Virus record (IMG/VR): IMGVR_UViG_3300032318_000487
Coordinates: 15,390 to 79,389 of that record
Source: a virus
Lineage: Duplodnaviria > Caudoviricetes
Strand: one strand, 5' to 3'
Length of the DNA stretch: 64,000 bases
This document shows positions 23,028-32,234 of the stretch, in pieces. Position 1 is the stretch's first letter, and each line of letters opens with the position of its first letter. The translations under genes and the position numbers were made by a program. A model generated the notes under the pieces. That model searched no databases. It worked only from the letters and a program-made list of their open reading frames with translations, and had not been told where the DNA came from.

Positions 23028-24259
23028 TCTACAATCTTAACTTCAGGAAAGTATTTGATAAATCTATCATACTCATTGTCTCGAATGCCCTTGATCTTGT
23101 CTCTGATCTCATCAAAGAAGTTCCATGCTAATGGTACGAATAGAGTGGTTCCCTTCAACTTAAGAATCTCTTTCTGTGAGACAACTGGAATACTAGAACC
23201 AGGTGTGAATCTACCTTGCTTTAGTGGATTATCATCGACAATGAAATCTAGATCCAACTTAGCATAGTTCAACAGAGTCATACCCTTTGCTGCTGCACCA
23301 TATCCAACGACATTCCAATCAATCATGCCTTGCCGAACAAAATCTGTTTGATGCTTCAACTCAGACACGATATCATTACAACGTTGTGCGTATCGTACAT
23401 ATGTCTCAGGACTGTAGAGTCCATTAGATTGCTCTTCCTTAATTAGAAGATCAACGTTTCTTCCATCAAACTTCTTTCGAATCACGAAGACAAAGCTAGT
23501 ACCATGAATTGGCATGTAGTCAACACCAACCAGATACAGACCAGCTCTCTTACATAACTTATCCATTGACTGAATATTGAAGAATGATACATGCTCATGA
23601 TAGATTGTATCAAACTCATTGTTCTTGATCATGTTAGCTTGTGATGTTTGAATGATGAGTGTGCTATCATCATGCATAACACTCTTGGCAGTCAAGAGAA
23701 AGTTTAGTGGATTAGGACCATGTGCAAAGACATTCTGTGCTGTTATGACATCAAAACTTAGCTTTGCTTTGTTAATTCTCTCTGCAAAATTATGATCAAA
23801 CCATTCACAGAAAATAGAGTGACCCTTCTTTGAAGAAACTTCTTCAAGATTCTTTGCTGGATCAACACCAAATGTGATGAAACCCAAATCTTTGAAATAA
23901 TCTAGCTGAGTACCATCATTACAACCAACATCTAGTACAAGCTTACCCTTTGTTGTCTTTACTGCAAACTCTGCGAAAGTCTTCATGTGTGAGTGCATCG
24001 TCTTTGACGTGCCACTAACATAAAGATAATCATTGAACATCAACTCAGGATTAACTGAGTGTGTAAGTTGCACATGATAGCAATCTTCACAATGATTGAT
24101 CGCAAGAGGATATTCTTCTTGCACATCATCTCTCTTTAACTTGAATGAGTTTGCAAGTGGTTGCTTACCCAAGTCAAGGGTAAGCTTTAAATTGCTTGAA
24201 CCACATGCGACGCAGTGGTCAAGATGTTTTACATTATCTGACGATTCTAGGTGAGACAC
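23024..24259 (-). CDS. NDP-sugar C-methyltransferase-like SAM enzyme
   Basis: N-terminal CxxC/LG.QPLAN/CxxC zinc domain, DVGCNDG, FDTIYHEH, GYGAAAKG, DDNPLKQG. Confidence 0.85.
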   Translation of the reverse strand: MSHLESSDNVKHLDHCVACGSSNLKLTLDLGKQPLANSFKLKRDDVQEEYPLAINHCEDCYHVQLTHSVNPELMFNDYLYVSGTSKTMHSHMKTFAEFAVKTTKGKLVLDVGCNDGTQLDYFKDLGFITFGVDPAKNLEEVSSKKGHSIFCEWFDHNFAERINKAKLSFDVITAQNVFAHGPNPLNFLLTAKSVMHDDSTLIIQTSQANMIKNNEFDTIYHEHVSFFNIQSMDKLCKRAGLYLVGVDYMPIHGTSFVFVIRKKFDGRNVDLLIKEEQSNGLYSPETYVRYAQRCNDIVSELKHQTDFVRQGMIDWNVVGYGAAAKGMTLLNYAKLDLDFIVDDNPLKQGRFTPGSSIPVVSQKEILKLKGTTLFVPLAWNFFDEIRDKIKGIRDNEYDRFIKYFPEVKIVD

Positions 24260-24905
24260 GCTTCATATCCTTCTTGCCGAACTTTTCAAACACAACCATA
24301 CTATCATAGAAATGAACAGATGACAAACCCTTAGATAGCTTCCATCTACGTTCTAGCTCAGTTGTATATTGTTCTTTCCAATTCCAGTGTAGAACATCAA
24401 CATACGACTTTGCATATTCAATGAATGTTGAACTCTTGTTTAGACCACCACCATTATATGACATATAACTTGTATGACAGTCTTCACAGATGTAAACACT
24501 ACCTTCTGGCATTAGAGGAAACACTTTTTCAAAAGTCAAGATTTGTTGGTCCATGAAGTGACCACCATCATCGATAAAGATATCGATGTTTCTATTGACT
24601 AAGAATGTGTCCCAGAATGAAGCTGAACTCTGATCACCAATAACAACACTGATCTTTTGATTTTTATACTTTAGATTAGCACACTCAGGATCGACATCAA
24701 TTCCTGTAATGTTCTTTGCATTTGGAAAATATGTAGACCACATATCAAGTGATCCACCCTTTTGAACACCGACCTCAACAAGGTCGATGCTCTTTCCATT
24801 TAGTCTAAAGTTACTCAGATGTCTCTCATAAACATCGAAGTAAGATTCCCACTTGTCAGATGGGTGACTTAGACTTTCGTCAAAGATTTCTCTTAGTAGA
24901 CTCAT
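24234..24905 (-). CDS. class I SAM-dependent (sugar O-)methyltransferase
   Basis: KWESYFDVYERH, EVGVQKGGS, IDDGGH, YICED. Confidence 0.85.
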   Translation of the reverse strand: MSLLREIFDESLSHPSDKWESYFDVYERHLSNFRLNGKSIDLVEVGVQKGGSLDMWSTYFPNAKNITGIDVDPECANLKYKNQKISVVIGDQSSASFWDTFLVNRNIDIFIDDGGHFMDQQILTFEKVFPLMPEGSVYICEDCHTSYMSYNGGGLNKSSTFIEYAKSYVDVLHWNWKEQYTTELERRWKLSKGLSSVHFYDSMVVFEKFGKKDMKRVSPRIVR

Positions 24906-25945
24906 AGTTCAATCCATTCTTTGTTTGCAAGGGACCAGTCAACAACTTCCTTGATGCGTTCATTTAGTGTGAACCTTGGTTCCCAACCTAGTTCTCGCAT
25001 ATAATCTCCAGACAATGCATAACGTAGATCATGGCCTGGTCTTGACGTATGGAAGTCAATCATTTCATAGATCGGATCTTTGTTCTGTGCCCTAGCAATG
25101 ATGTTGACCAGATCAAGATTGTTGATCTCTTCCTTACCAACAACATTGAACTTTGGACACTTTGCACCACCAAAGTCTGGCTCGTAGACCTTAGACAGAA
25201 CCTTCTCATCCTTCATGTTAAGAAGGAAGTACATTGCTTCGGCAACATCCTTAGCGTGAATATAGAAGCGACTACCAGGAATAGTCTTCGTCTCGTCAGA
25301 ATGAATGAAAATCTTTTCGTTATCTCGAATCTTTCGAATACACATTGGAATGAACTTCTCTGGATGCTGTCTTTCACCAAAGACGTTCATTGTATGTGTG
25401 ATGAAGATTGGAAGCTTGTACGTGTTCTCGTAAGCGACACAAAACTCTTCTGCTGCTGCCTTTGAAGCTGAGTATGGATTCGTTGAGTTGTAACGATCAC
25501 GTTCCTTGTATGAAACACCAGGTGGTGCAATACCAAAGATTTCATCTGTACTGAAATAGATCATTCGCTCAAGATTCTTCAGTGAACGTGCATAGTTGAG
25601 AATGTTCACTGTTCCAATGGTATTGTCCATAACAAATTCCATTGGATGAGTAATTGACCGATCAACGTGACTTGAAGCAGCAAGATGCAAGATGATGTTT
25701 ACATCACCAATAAAGTTTGAATTGATCTCTTTGATTTCAGCCTTAAGATCATGCCAAACGATCTTAACACGCTTTCGAGTTGATGCTGGATAACGAGACA
25801 CAACATTATCTAAGCGGTTAAGATTACCAGAATAGTCTAGACGATCAAGAGATACGATTTCCCAATCAGTCTTTTGAAGAAAGAGATCAATGATGTGATG
25901 ACCAATAAAACCAGCACCACCAGTAATAAGAACCTTCTTTGTCAT
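24902..25945 (-). CDS. rmlB: dTDP-glucose 4,6-dehydratase-like NAD-dependent enzyme
   Basis: TGGAGFIG, HLAASSHVDRSI, FSTDE, YSASK, RPGHDLRY. Confidence 0.85.
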   Translation of the reverse strand: MTKKVLITGGAGFIGHHIIDLFLQKTDWEIVSLDRLDYSGNLNRLDNVVSRYPASTRKRVKIVWHDLKAEIKEINSNFIGDVNIILHLAASSHVDRSITHPMEFVMDNTIGTVNILNYARSLKNLERMIYFSTDEIFGIAPPGVSYKERDRYNSTNPYSASKAAAEEFCVAYENTYKLPIFITHTMNVFGERQHPEKFIPMCIRKIRDNEKIFIHSDETKTIPGSRFYIHAKDVAEAMYFLLNMKDEKVLSKVYEPDFGGAKCPKFNVVGKEEINNLDLVNIIARAQNKDPIYEMIDFHTSRPGHDLRYALSGDYMRELGWEPRFTLNERIKEVVDWSLANKEWIEL

Positions 25946-25962
25946 ATTATCTTTTCACCTTT

Positions 25963-26709
25963 TCATTTTAATTTACAAGCACTAAGAGTCTCTTGTGTAT
26001 CGGTATACTTATATTCAAGTCCAAAACGATCTTTCATATACTTAGGAAACCAATCTTGCATAAGATAGTCCATCTCTTTAAAAGCATTTGTCTTATCATA
26101 CCAAGATTCACGTCGCATATGCTTAATTGAAGATGCATGGATGACATGTGCTGTCTGTCTTAGATAGTAACACATGATCTTATCAATGCCCCATTCAGAC
26201 TCATTATATACGTAATCAGACAGTAATGTCAACACTTTTCTGAATATGTCCGCTCTATAAAATGGAACTCCCATTTCAGTGAAGTTCGTTTCTGTGAAAA
26301 GAAACTCAGGCTTTTGTTCTAAGCAAGGATAAACAGTCCATGATCTTAGAGACTGCTGAAATAGTCTCATATCAAACTGTCTAGCAAGCTGCAATGCCTT
26401 CTCTACAGATTGAATGTCTGTACAATAATCATCATCCCAATATCCGATGTAATCATAGTCCCACCAGCAGATTCCATTCGTTGCTAGAAAAGAGCATAGT
26501 TCTGGCAGTTTCTTCCACTTATGACGAACAGGATAATGAAAGAAGTGATCATACGAATCCATCTCAGGAACATAGTCTTCTTTAAAACCTATAACGCACA
26601 CTTCATATGTGCGTCCAGGCTTTACGAATCTCCAATGATTTTCCCTATCATACTCATCGTCATAGAACATAGGACAACCAGTTGGAGTGATGATCAGTGC
26701 CTTATCCAT
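25963..26709 (-). CDS. DUF707-like putative glycosyltransferase
   Basis: YDYIGYWDDD, F.E...P, EWGID motifs. Confidence 0.55.
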   Translation of the reverse strand: MDKALIITPTGCPMFYDDEYDRENHWRFVKPGRTYEVCVIGFKEDYVPEMDSYDHFFHYPVRHKWKKLPELCSFLATNGICWWDYDYIGYWDDDYCTDIQSVEKALQLARQFDMRLFQQSLRSWTVYPCLEQKPEFLFTETNFTEMGVPFYRADIFRKVLTLLSDYVYNESEWGIDKIMCYYLRQTAHVIHASSIKHMRRESWYDKTNAFKEMDYLMQDWFPKYMKDRFGLEYKYTDTQETLSACKLK

Positions 26710-27592
26710 TGTTCAAGGCTCCGACATAAACATTGTTCTCAAACCAGTTTAGAAAGCGAGTCTTGTCCATGAACTTGTTTGCCCTCTGATAGTCTGCAAA
26801 CATTGGCTGAAGATACATTTCTTCATAAAGATCAGGAGTTTCATCGATCTCTTTGATTGCTTCAAAGAAGTCTTTGTCATTGCCATAGTCATGCCAGTTA
26901 AGAAAAGCTTTCGTATTGAAGTCAGTTTCGACTGTGGGACTACCCCAATAGATTGGAACAGTCTTAGCACACAATGCTTCATAAAGCTTTTCAGTTGCAT
27001 AACCAGGATAAGATGAGTTCTCAAAACAAAGATTGAACTTATATGAGTTGAGAAACTTCAATTTAGCTGCGACTGACTCTTCACCTCTAGGTAGAATATA
27101 TCCGATGTTATTATACAATGGTCCACCAGATGCAACATGCTTGTATGAACTTAGAATATGAAACCAGTCATTTCTCTTTTTACAAGCTTCATTCTTAACA
27201 ACAAATGAACAAAAGCCCTTCTTCTCTAGAAGATCAGATGGTGTTCTGTTGATGTTACTTGTGTTAGGTACATCTCTAAAGTGATTGTCATAATCATAGA
27301 TTACCCAAAGTGGCAATCGATAGTTCTTGCCACCAAACTCATCATGATCGAATGAGATAGAGAAGTGGCACCTGTAGTCCCAAGGTCTTGCGTTCTCACC
27401 TGTATAGAAAATCTTTATACAGTTCTTAGAGTCGTATGATGTATTGTTGTTTCCAAAGTTCTTATCACCGAAGATAAGATAATCTGGATTAACATCGTCT
27501 CTTACTACTTCAAATCGCTCAGACAGAATTTTGATAAAGAAGTTTTCAATGGCACCAAACGTGTCTGTAAATCCAAGTCTTAGTTTTTTCAT
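26702..27592 (-). CDS. GT10 alpha-1,3-fucosyltransferase-like protein
   Basis: NPDYLIFG, YTGEN, YRLPLW, KFLNSYKFNLCFENS...YATEKL, PIYWG. Confidence 0.9.
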   Translation of the reverse strand: MKKLRLGFTDTFGAIENFFIKILSERFEVVRDDVNPDYLIFGDKNFGNNNTSYDSKNCIKIFYTGENARPWDYRCHFSISFDHDEFGGKNYRLPLWVIYDYDNHFRDVPNTSNINRTPSDLLEKKGFCSFVVKNEACKKRNDWFHILSSYKHVASGGPLYNNIGYILPRGEESVAAKLKFLNSYKFNLCFENSSYPGYATEKLYEALCAKTVPIYWGSPTVETDFNTKAFLNWHDYGNDKDFFEAIKEIDETPDLYEEMYLQPMFADYQRANKFMDKTRFLNWFENNVYVGALNNG

Positions 27593-28632
27593 ACCATAGA
27601 GTTCCTGATCACAATCTGTTCTTCAATCCATTCGTAAGTATTCTTTAGTCCCTGATAAAGATCATGCTTTGAGTGCCAGTTTAGCTTTTCTTCAATTAGT
27701 CGATTGTCTGAGTTTCTACCTCTCACACCGACTGGCCCTGGAATATGATTAATGTCAATCTTCTTGTTTGCAACTGTTGCAGCAGTGACTACGAGATGAT
27801 TGATTGTTACCATCTCTTCAGATCCGATATTAACTGGACCCATGAAGTCGTCTTGTTCCATGAACAATCTAACTGCCCTGATGCAGTCGTCAATATAGAG
27901 GAATGATCTTGTCTGCTTTCCATCACCCCAAATGTCAATGATATCATCAATGCTCATTGCAATCTTTCTACAGATTGCAGCAGGTGCCTTTTCTTTGCCA
28001 CCATCCCATGTGCCTAGTGGACCATAGATATTGTGGAAACGAGCAACACGAATAGGAATACCATAATTACGATTATAAGCGAAATAAAGACGCTCGCTGA
28101 ATAACTTTTCCCAACCATACTCACTATCCGGGTTTGCAGGGTATGCACTACTCTCAACACAGTTTGGATTGTCTGGATCCATCTGATTGTGTTCTGGATA
28201 GATACATGCCGAAGATGAATAGAAAATCTTTGTCTTGTTAATCTTATTGATCTTGTTATATACTTTTACAGAGTCAAGAACATTCAGATTGATTGTAGCA
28301 GAGTTATGCATAACATCTGCATCATGATCACCAGTAAAGATGTATCCTGCACCACCCATGTCTGCTGCAAACTGATAAATCTCATCGAATGGTCGATCAA
28401 ACTGCATTGCAAACGTCTGATATGGATTACGACTGACACCAGCATAACTGATTACTTGCCTCACAATGTCATAGTCTCTGAGATCAGCAATCACAAAGTG
28501 ATCAGCAAAAGTCTTAGAGAACTCTGGATACTTAAGATCAACACCTCGTACCCAGTATCCTTCTGACTTTAGACGATTTACCATGTGATTGCCGATAAAT
28601 CCACCAGCACCAAGAACTAACGCTGTCTTCAT
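27589..28632 (-). CDS. GDP-mannose 3,5-epimerase-like NAD-dependent epimerase
   Basis: GAGGFIG, AADMGGAG, YSSSACIYP, PDSEYGWEKL, RFHNIYGP, GGKEKAPAAICRK. Confidence 0.85.
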   Translation of the reverse strand: MKTALVLGAGGFIGNHMVNRLKSEGYWVRGVDLKYPEFSKTFADHFVIADLRDYDIVRQVISYAGVSRNPYQTFAMQFDRPFDEIYQFAADMGGAGYIFTGDHDADVMHNSATINLNVLDSVKVYNKINKINKTKIFYSSSACIYPEHNQMDPDNPNCVESSAYPANPDSEYGWEKLFSERLYFAYNRNYGIPIRVARFHNIYGPLGTWDGGKEKAPAAICRKIAMSIDDIIDIWGDGKQTRSFLYIDDCIRAVRLFMEQDDFMGPVNIGSEEMVTINHLVVTAATVANKKIDINHIPGPVGVRGRNSDNRLIEEKLNWHSKHDLYQGLKNTYEWIEEQIVIRNSMV

Positions 28633-28638
28633 GTTAAT

Positions 28639-29142
28639 TTACCTCCTATACCAAAACCAAACAGATCGATTTGAAACAAGAATCGGAGTGCCAATTTTGT
28701 TTCTTTTCCTAAAAGAACTCAACTGTTCTTTGACAGAAACAAGTTCATGTCCGTTACCACAAAAAATACCACCTGGTCTAACAGAATCATAGTATAGCTC
28801 AAGTGTTTCGCAAGTGCAAGCTGTTTTGTCAATTCCAACGAGATCGACTTTCTTTCCCTTCACTTTCTTGATCTTGTCTGTCAGTGTCTTTGTGTTTTCA
28901 TCGAACACGGGTTGATACTGACTTTCCTCATTTGAATAGTAGATTTTACTCACATTAGGACAAGATTCAAGAATATCATAGATGCTTTCACCCTTAAGAT
29001 CGTTCTTAAGAGTAAGAACAACATCATCCTTATCTAGTCTCTTGATATATGAAATCATTGCCCTTGAGATGAGATCAGCATCGGGCCACATATCAAACTG
29101 CTTTCTTTGCTCAATTGTGAAAAGTTCTGGATCCATAAACAT
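28639..29142 (-). CDS. degenerate methyltransferase-like hypothetical protein
   Basis: YYDSVRPGGIFCG C-terminal motif; within the sugar cluster. Confidence 0.55.
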   Translation of the reverse strand: MFMDPELFTIEQRKQFDMWPDADLISRAMISYIKRLDKDDVVLTLKNDLKGESIYDILESCPNVSKIYYSNEESQYQPVFDENTKTLTDKIKKVKGKKVDLVGIDKTACTCETLELYYDSVRPGGIFCGNGHELVSVKEQLSSFRKRNKIGTPILVSNRSVWFWYRR

Positions 29143-29148
29143 GATATA

Positions 29149-30045
29149 TCAATACTCCTCATACATCTTTTGAATTTCGTCATTCAGTTTTTTAACTCTA
29201 TCATACTGATGAACAATTGCATATAGCTGATTGTGTACATTCTTTACATATGCACCGTCAATTACTGGCTGATAGTCATCAAACAGTTCAAGATACTTCA
29301 TTGTGTCATTTTGATACTTTGCACCAATATCACCTGAACCTGATGTGACAGCATGAATCGACGTACCAAGATTGATTGCCCATGAGTCAGCACATGATAG
29401 CTTCAGTGTGTCGTCAGAATATGGTGGAAAGTTTAGAAGGAAGTTATAAACAGCCTGATCTACAATCGGAATAGGTCTGTTCACACTCATCTGAAAGATC
29501 ATCATCATCAGACCTTTCACATAATCAAAGTTACCTGCAACAACACCAACGTTGAAGATATACTTGTCCTTAATTAGATTGTGGAAGAATGGACCAAATG
29601 TATCATATAAGTTCTGATTGCTCCAGGGTTCATTCTGATACTTCATACCCTCAGAGCTTGCAACAAGAAGACTTGAAACAATGTTGCTTCTTAACCACTC
29701 TGAGGGATCAGTCTGAAACAGAACATCTCTAGTGTCTGTAGTGATTACGTTGTTGTACTTCTCTTTTGTGTTATTAAGAAACATCCAAAGATAAAAGAAT
29801 CTCTCTACATGTGGTGCATTGTTTGTTGGAGATACAACGTCACCATTTTCGTTTTGCTTTCCATAGAGAGAAAGAATAACTCCTTCTTGCTGAAGCTTCT
29901 CGATAGTTTCTCTCTTGATGTTTGTTCCTACGACTGCAATGTCACCAGAGAATCCAGTCTTCTTCAAAGACTTTATCCAAATCTTGAGCTGATTCCAATC
30001 GTAGTTTGATGCAGCACCAATCACTAAGTCTTTATTACTCATCAT
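29149..30045 (-). CDS. GT-A-like nucleotide-sugar transferase (hypothetical)
   Basis: ERF, TDTRDVLFQ.DP, NVGVVAG, DQA.YN, IVHQYDR. Confidence 0.65.
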   Translation of the reverse strand: MMSNKDLVIGAASNYDWNQLKIWIKSLKKTGFSGDIAVVGTNIKRETIEKLQQEGVILSLYGKQNENGDVVSPTNNAPHVERFFYLWMFLNNTKEKYNNVITTDTRDVLFQTDPSEWLRSNIVSSLLVASSEGMKYQNEPWSNQNLYDTFGPFFHNLIKDKYIFNVGVVAGNFDYVKGLMMMIFQMSVNRPIPIVDQAVYNFLLNFPPYSDDTLKLSCADSWAINLGTSIHAVTSGSGDIGAKYQNDTMKYLELFDDYQPVIDGAYVKNVHNQLYAIVHQYDRVKKLNDEIQKMYEEY

Positions 30046-30046
30046 A

Positions 30047-30706
30047 TTATACCTTCACGTAAAAGTCATCACACCTAGAGATTTCTGAAAACTTTCTCTG
30101 GTAGCCGTTAGCAACGAGAAGTCCAAAGAGTTTCTTTCTAATCACGGGAACATAATTGTGTTCTATAGTTATATATCTGATATCATACTGATCATTGTTT
30201 GACTTTAGAAACTCATACAGAATGTCATACTCACTACCTTCAGTATCAATCGATAGATAGTCAATCACTTTTGGTGCATCATACTTCTTAAGAAGATCAA
30301 GCAGAGTGATAGTCTTTACCATGGTCACATCATTAGATGCATTTCTTTTGTGATTATGTTCGTCTTCTGTACCAAATCCCTTGATTGTCGATAGATCAGG
30401 TGCATTTGTGTTTAGAAACTCTACGTAAGTATCGGACTTAGTGTATACACAATCGGTTGAAATGTGACACTTCCTATTCTTTAATAGTGCTTCATGCCAT
30501 GTAACGTTAGGTTCAGCTACGATACCATTCCACGAGTACTCTGTTTCAAGAAGATAGCTATTGTTGATTGTGATTCCATCTGTTGCACCAAAGTCAACAA
30601 AGTATCCACCTGTCTTCTTGTTTGTCTCATACAGAACCCATGCATCTTGCATATTCTGCGATACTGAATTGTTTAGTGTTGAATGAAATTTTAAAAAGTT
30701 TTCCAC
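30047..30706 (-). CDS. FkbM family methyltransferase
   Basis: SQNMQD, YFVDFGATDG, NSY, AEPN, IDYLSIDTEGSEY. Confidence 0.9.
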   Translation of the reverse strand: MENFLKFHSTLNNSVSQNMQDAWVLYETNKKTGGYFVDFGATDGITINNSYLLETEYSWNGIVAEPNVTWHEALLKNRKCHISTDCVYTKSDTYVEFLNTNAPDLSTIKGFGTEDEHNHKRNASNDVTMVKTITLLDLLKKYDAPKVIDYLSIDTEGSEYDILYEFLKSNNDQYDIRYITIEHNYVPVIRKKLFGLLVANGYQRKFSEISRCDDFYVKV

Positions 30707-31425
30707 GGCAGCTTTCCATTATAAGTTACGTTTTGATTATTATTACCATTGATGAAGAATGATTCTTTGACTGAACCTTCGTTACCATCAAGTCTGTAAC
30801 AAAGTGTATGCTTTCTTGATGAGTCGTGATTAGATCTATCTTTGATTAGAGAGAAAAATCTTCTATCACCACCCCAACCAAAATGCCAAAGATTACAAGT
30901 CTGAACAAGAAAATCTCTCTTGAATAGATACGAAGACGTATCAACAAGATACTCTTCTTTATTGTGCCAAATTGGCCACTTTCCTAAACTCTCACAGTTA
31001 TCTTCGATAAGAAAATTGCCATCTGAATTGTGAATCTTTCTCATACTGTATGCAAAGTTTAAATTCTTTGACTCTATTGTAGAGACGAGACTTTCAATAT
31101 GTTCTGGGTCATACCAGTTGTCTTCATCTAGAAAGGCAACATACTCACTGTTGATCAGATGTGGATATGAAGCATAGATGCGATGGCCGTAGAAGCCATT
31201 TGCACCTGTGTTTTCTGGTGATACTGCTAGTTGAACTTTTGGATCTGGATTAGAAACTTCAACGTATTGAACAGCTTTGTTGAAATACTGTGGTCCATCA
31301 ACAACGATAAGATGTTTGATGCTTTTGTATGTCTGATTACGTACACCTTCCATTGCATCTCTAAGTTTATGAGAGCCAATAGTTGGTGTGATCACTGTAA
31401 CAGACTTTTCAATTCTTAGCTTCAT
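30691..31425 (-). CDS. GT2 family glycosyltransferase
   Basis: VITPT, HLIVVDG, AFLDED.W, DR.F. Confidence 0.85.
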   Translation of the reverse strand: MKLRIEKSVTVITPTIGSHKLRDAMEGVRNQTYKSIKHLIVVDGPQYFNKAVQYVEVSNPDPKVQLAVSPENTGANGFYGHRIYASYPHLINSEYVAFLDEDNWYDPEHIESLVSTIESKNLNFAYSMRKIHNSDGNFLIEDNCESLGKWPIWHNKEEYLVDTSSYLFKRDFLVQTCNLWHFGWGGDRRFFSLIKDRSNHDSSRKHTLCYRLDGNEGSVKESFFINGNNNQNVTYNGKLPWKTF

Positions 31426-31450
31426 AATAACTCCACATGATCATATAGAA

Positions 31451-31476
31451 AGAAAGGGAATTTTCATCCCCTTTCT
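31451..31476 (-). terminator. possible terminator hairpin after hsp20-DUF1127
   Basis: AGAAAGGG-N10-CCCTTTCT followed by TTCTAT on the minus strand. Confidence 0.5.
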
Positions 31477-31481
31477 GAGTG

Positions 31482-31652
31482 TTATTGTTTTATCTTTCTA
31501 GACGCTTCTTTAGTAACATGATATATCTCACCGCGAGTGATACCTAAATCTTTCAAGTCTTTGTTTGATAAGTTCTGAAGTTCTTTGGTAGCCCGCTTTC
31601 TATAACGAAATCTTTCGAAGCAATATGAAATTTCTTCAATTAAGATTGTCAT
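31482..31652 (-). CDS. DUF1127 (YjiS-like) small protein, 56 aa (not in ORF track)
   Basis: R.R.RKRATKELQNLSNKDLKDLGITRGEI matches the DUF1127 L..LS...L.D.G..R.I signature. Confidence 0.8.
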   Translation of the reverse strand: MTILIEEISYCFERFRYRKRATKELQNLSNKDLKDLGITRGEIYHVTKEASRKIKQ

Positions 31653-31655
31653 AGT

Positions 31656-32141
31656 TTACTTCTGGTATTTTTCCGTTAAGAATTGCTTTGTAGCATTTTC
31701 TTTTGAGCCTTCATTGATATTAATCTTACGTGCTTTCTTCTCTTCTGGAATGAAACGCTCAAGCCAAATCTTCAGCATACCATTAATAAGATCAGCGTTC
31801 TTTACTTCAATACTCTCGGATAGAGTAAAGTTTCTAGTAAACGCACGATCTGCAATACCCTTGAAGATGTAGTCTGTTGCGTCTTTTGATTCAAGATTAC
31901 CCTTGACAGAGAGAACACCATCGATAAGTTCGATCTCGATGTCTTGCTGACCAAAACCAGCGACAGCGATTTCAATCACATACTTGTTGTCGTCAACCTT
32001 ACGAATGTTATAAGGTGGATAAGTTGGAATCTTCGGAAGATATTCAGTTACTCCGTTAAGCTTCTTAATCATTTCATCGAAACCGATGGTTGAAGATGTA
32101 AGCTTTCCGAAGTCTCGGAATGAAGAGAATGGATCGTTCAT
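31656..32141 (-). CDS. hsp20: small heat-shock protein (Hsp20/IbpA-like)
   Basis: YPPYNI, YVIEIAVAGF, GIA.RAF.R.F, A.L.NGML.I.L. Confidence 0.95.
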   Translation of the reverse strand: MNDPFSSFRDFGKLTSSTIGFDEMIKKLNGVTEYLPKIPTYPPYNIRKVDDNKYVIEIAVAGFGQQDIEIELIDGVLSVKGNLESKDATDYIFKGIADRAFTRNFTLSESIEVKNADLINGMLKIWLERFIPEEKKARKININEGSKENATKQFLTEKYQK

Positions 32142-32205
32142 TTTGTTACTCCTATGTAGCGAGTTTCAATATACTTGTGGTCCCTATTAAGCTGACCACA
32201 AGTAT
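32142..32205 (-). promoter_or_regulatory. ROSE-like RNA thermometer in the hsp20 5' leader
   Basis: Upstream hairpin plus ACUC-G-CU/ACAU/AG-GAGU hairpin: UCGCU motif with bulged G opposite the AGGAG SD. Confidence 0.72.
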
Positions 32206-32234
32206 ATATTAGTTGATAAATCTGTCTTTGTCAA
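32206..32234 (-). promoter_or_regulatory. sigma70-type promoter of hsp20
   Basis: TTGACA-N17-TAATAT. Confidence 0.7.
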
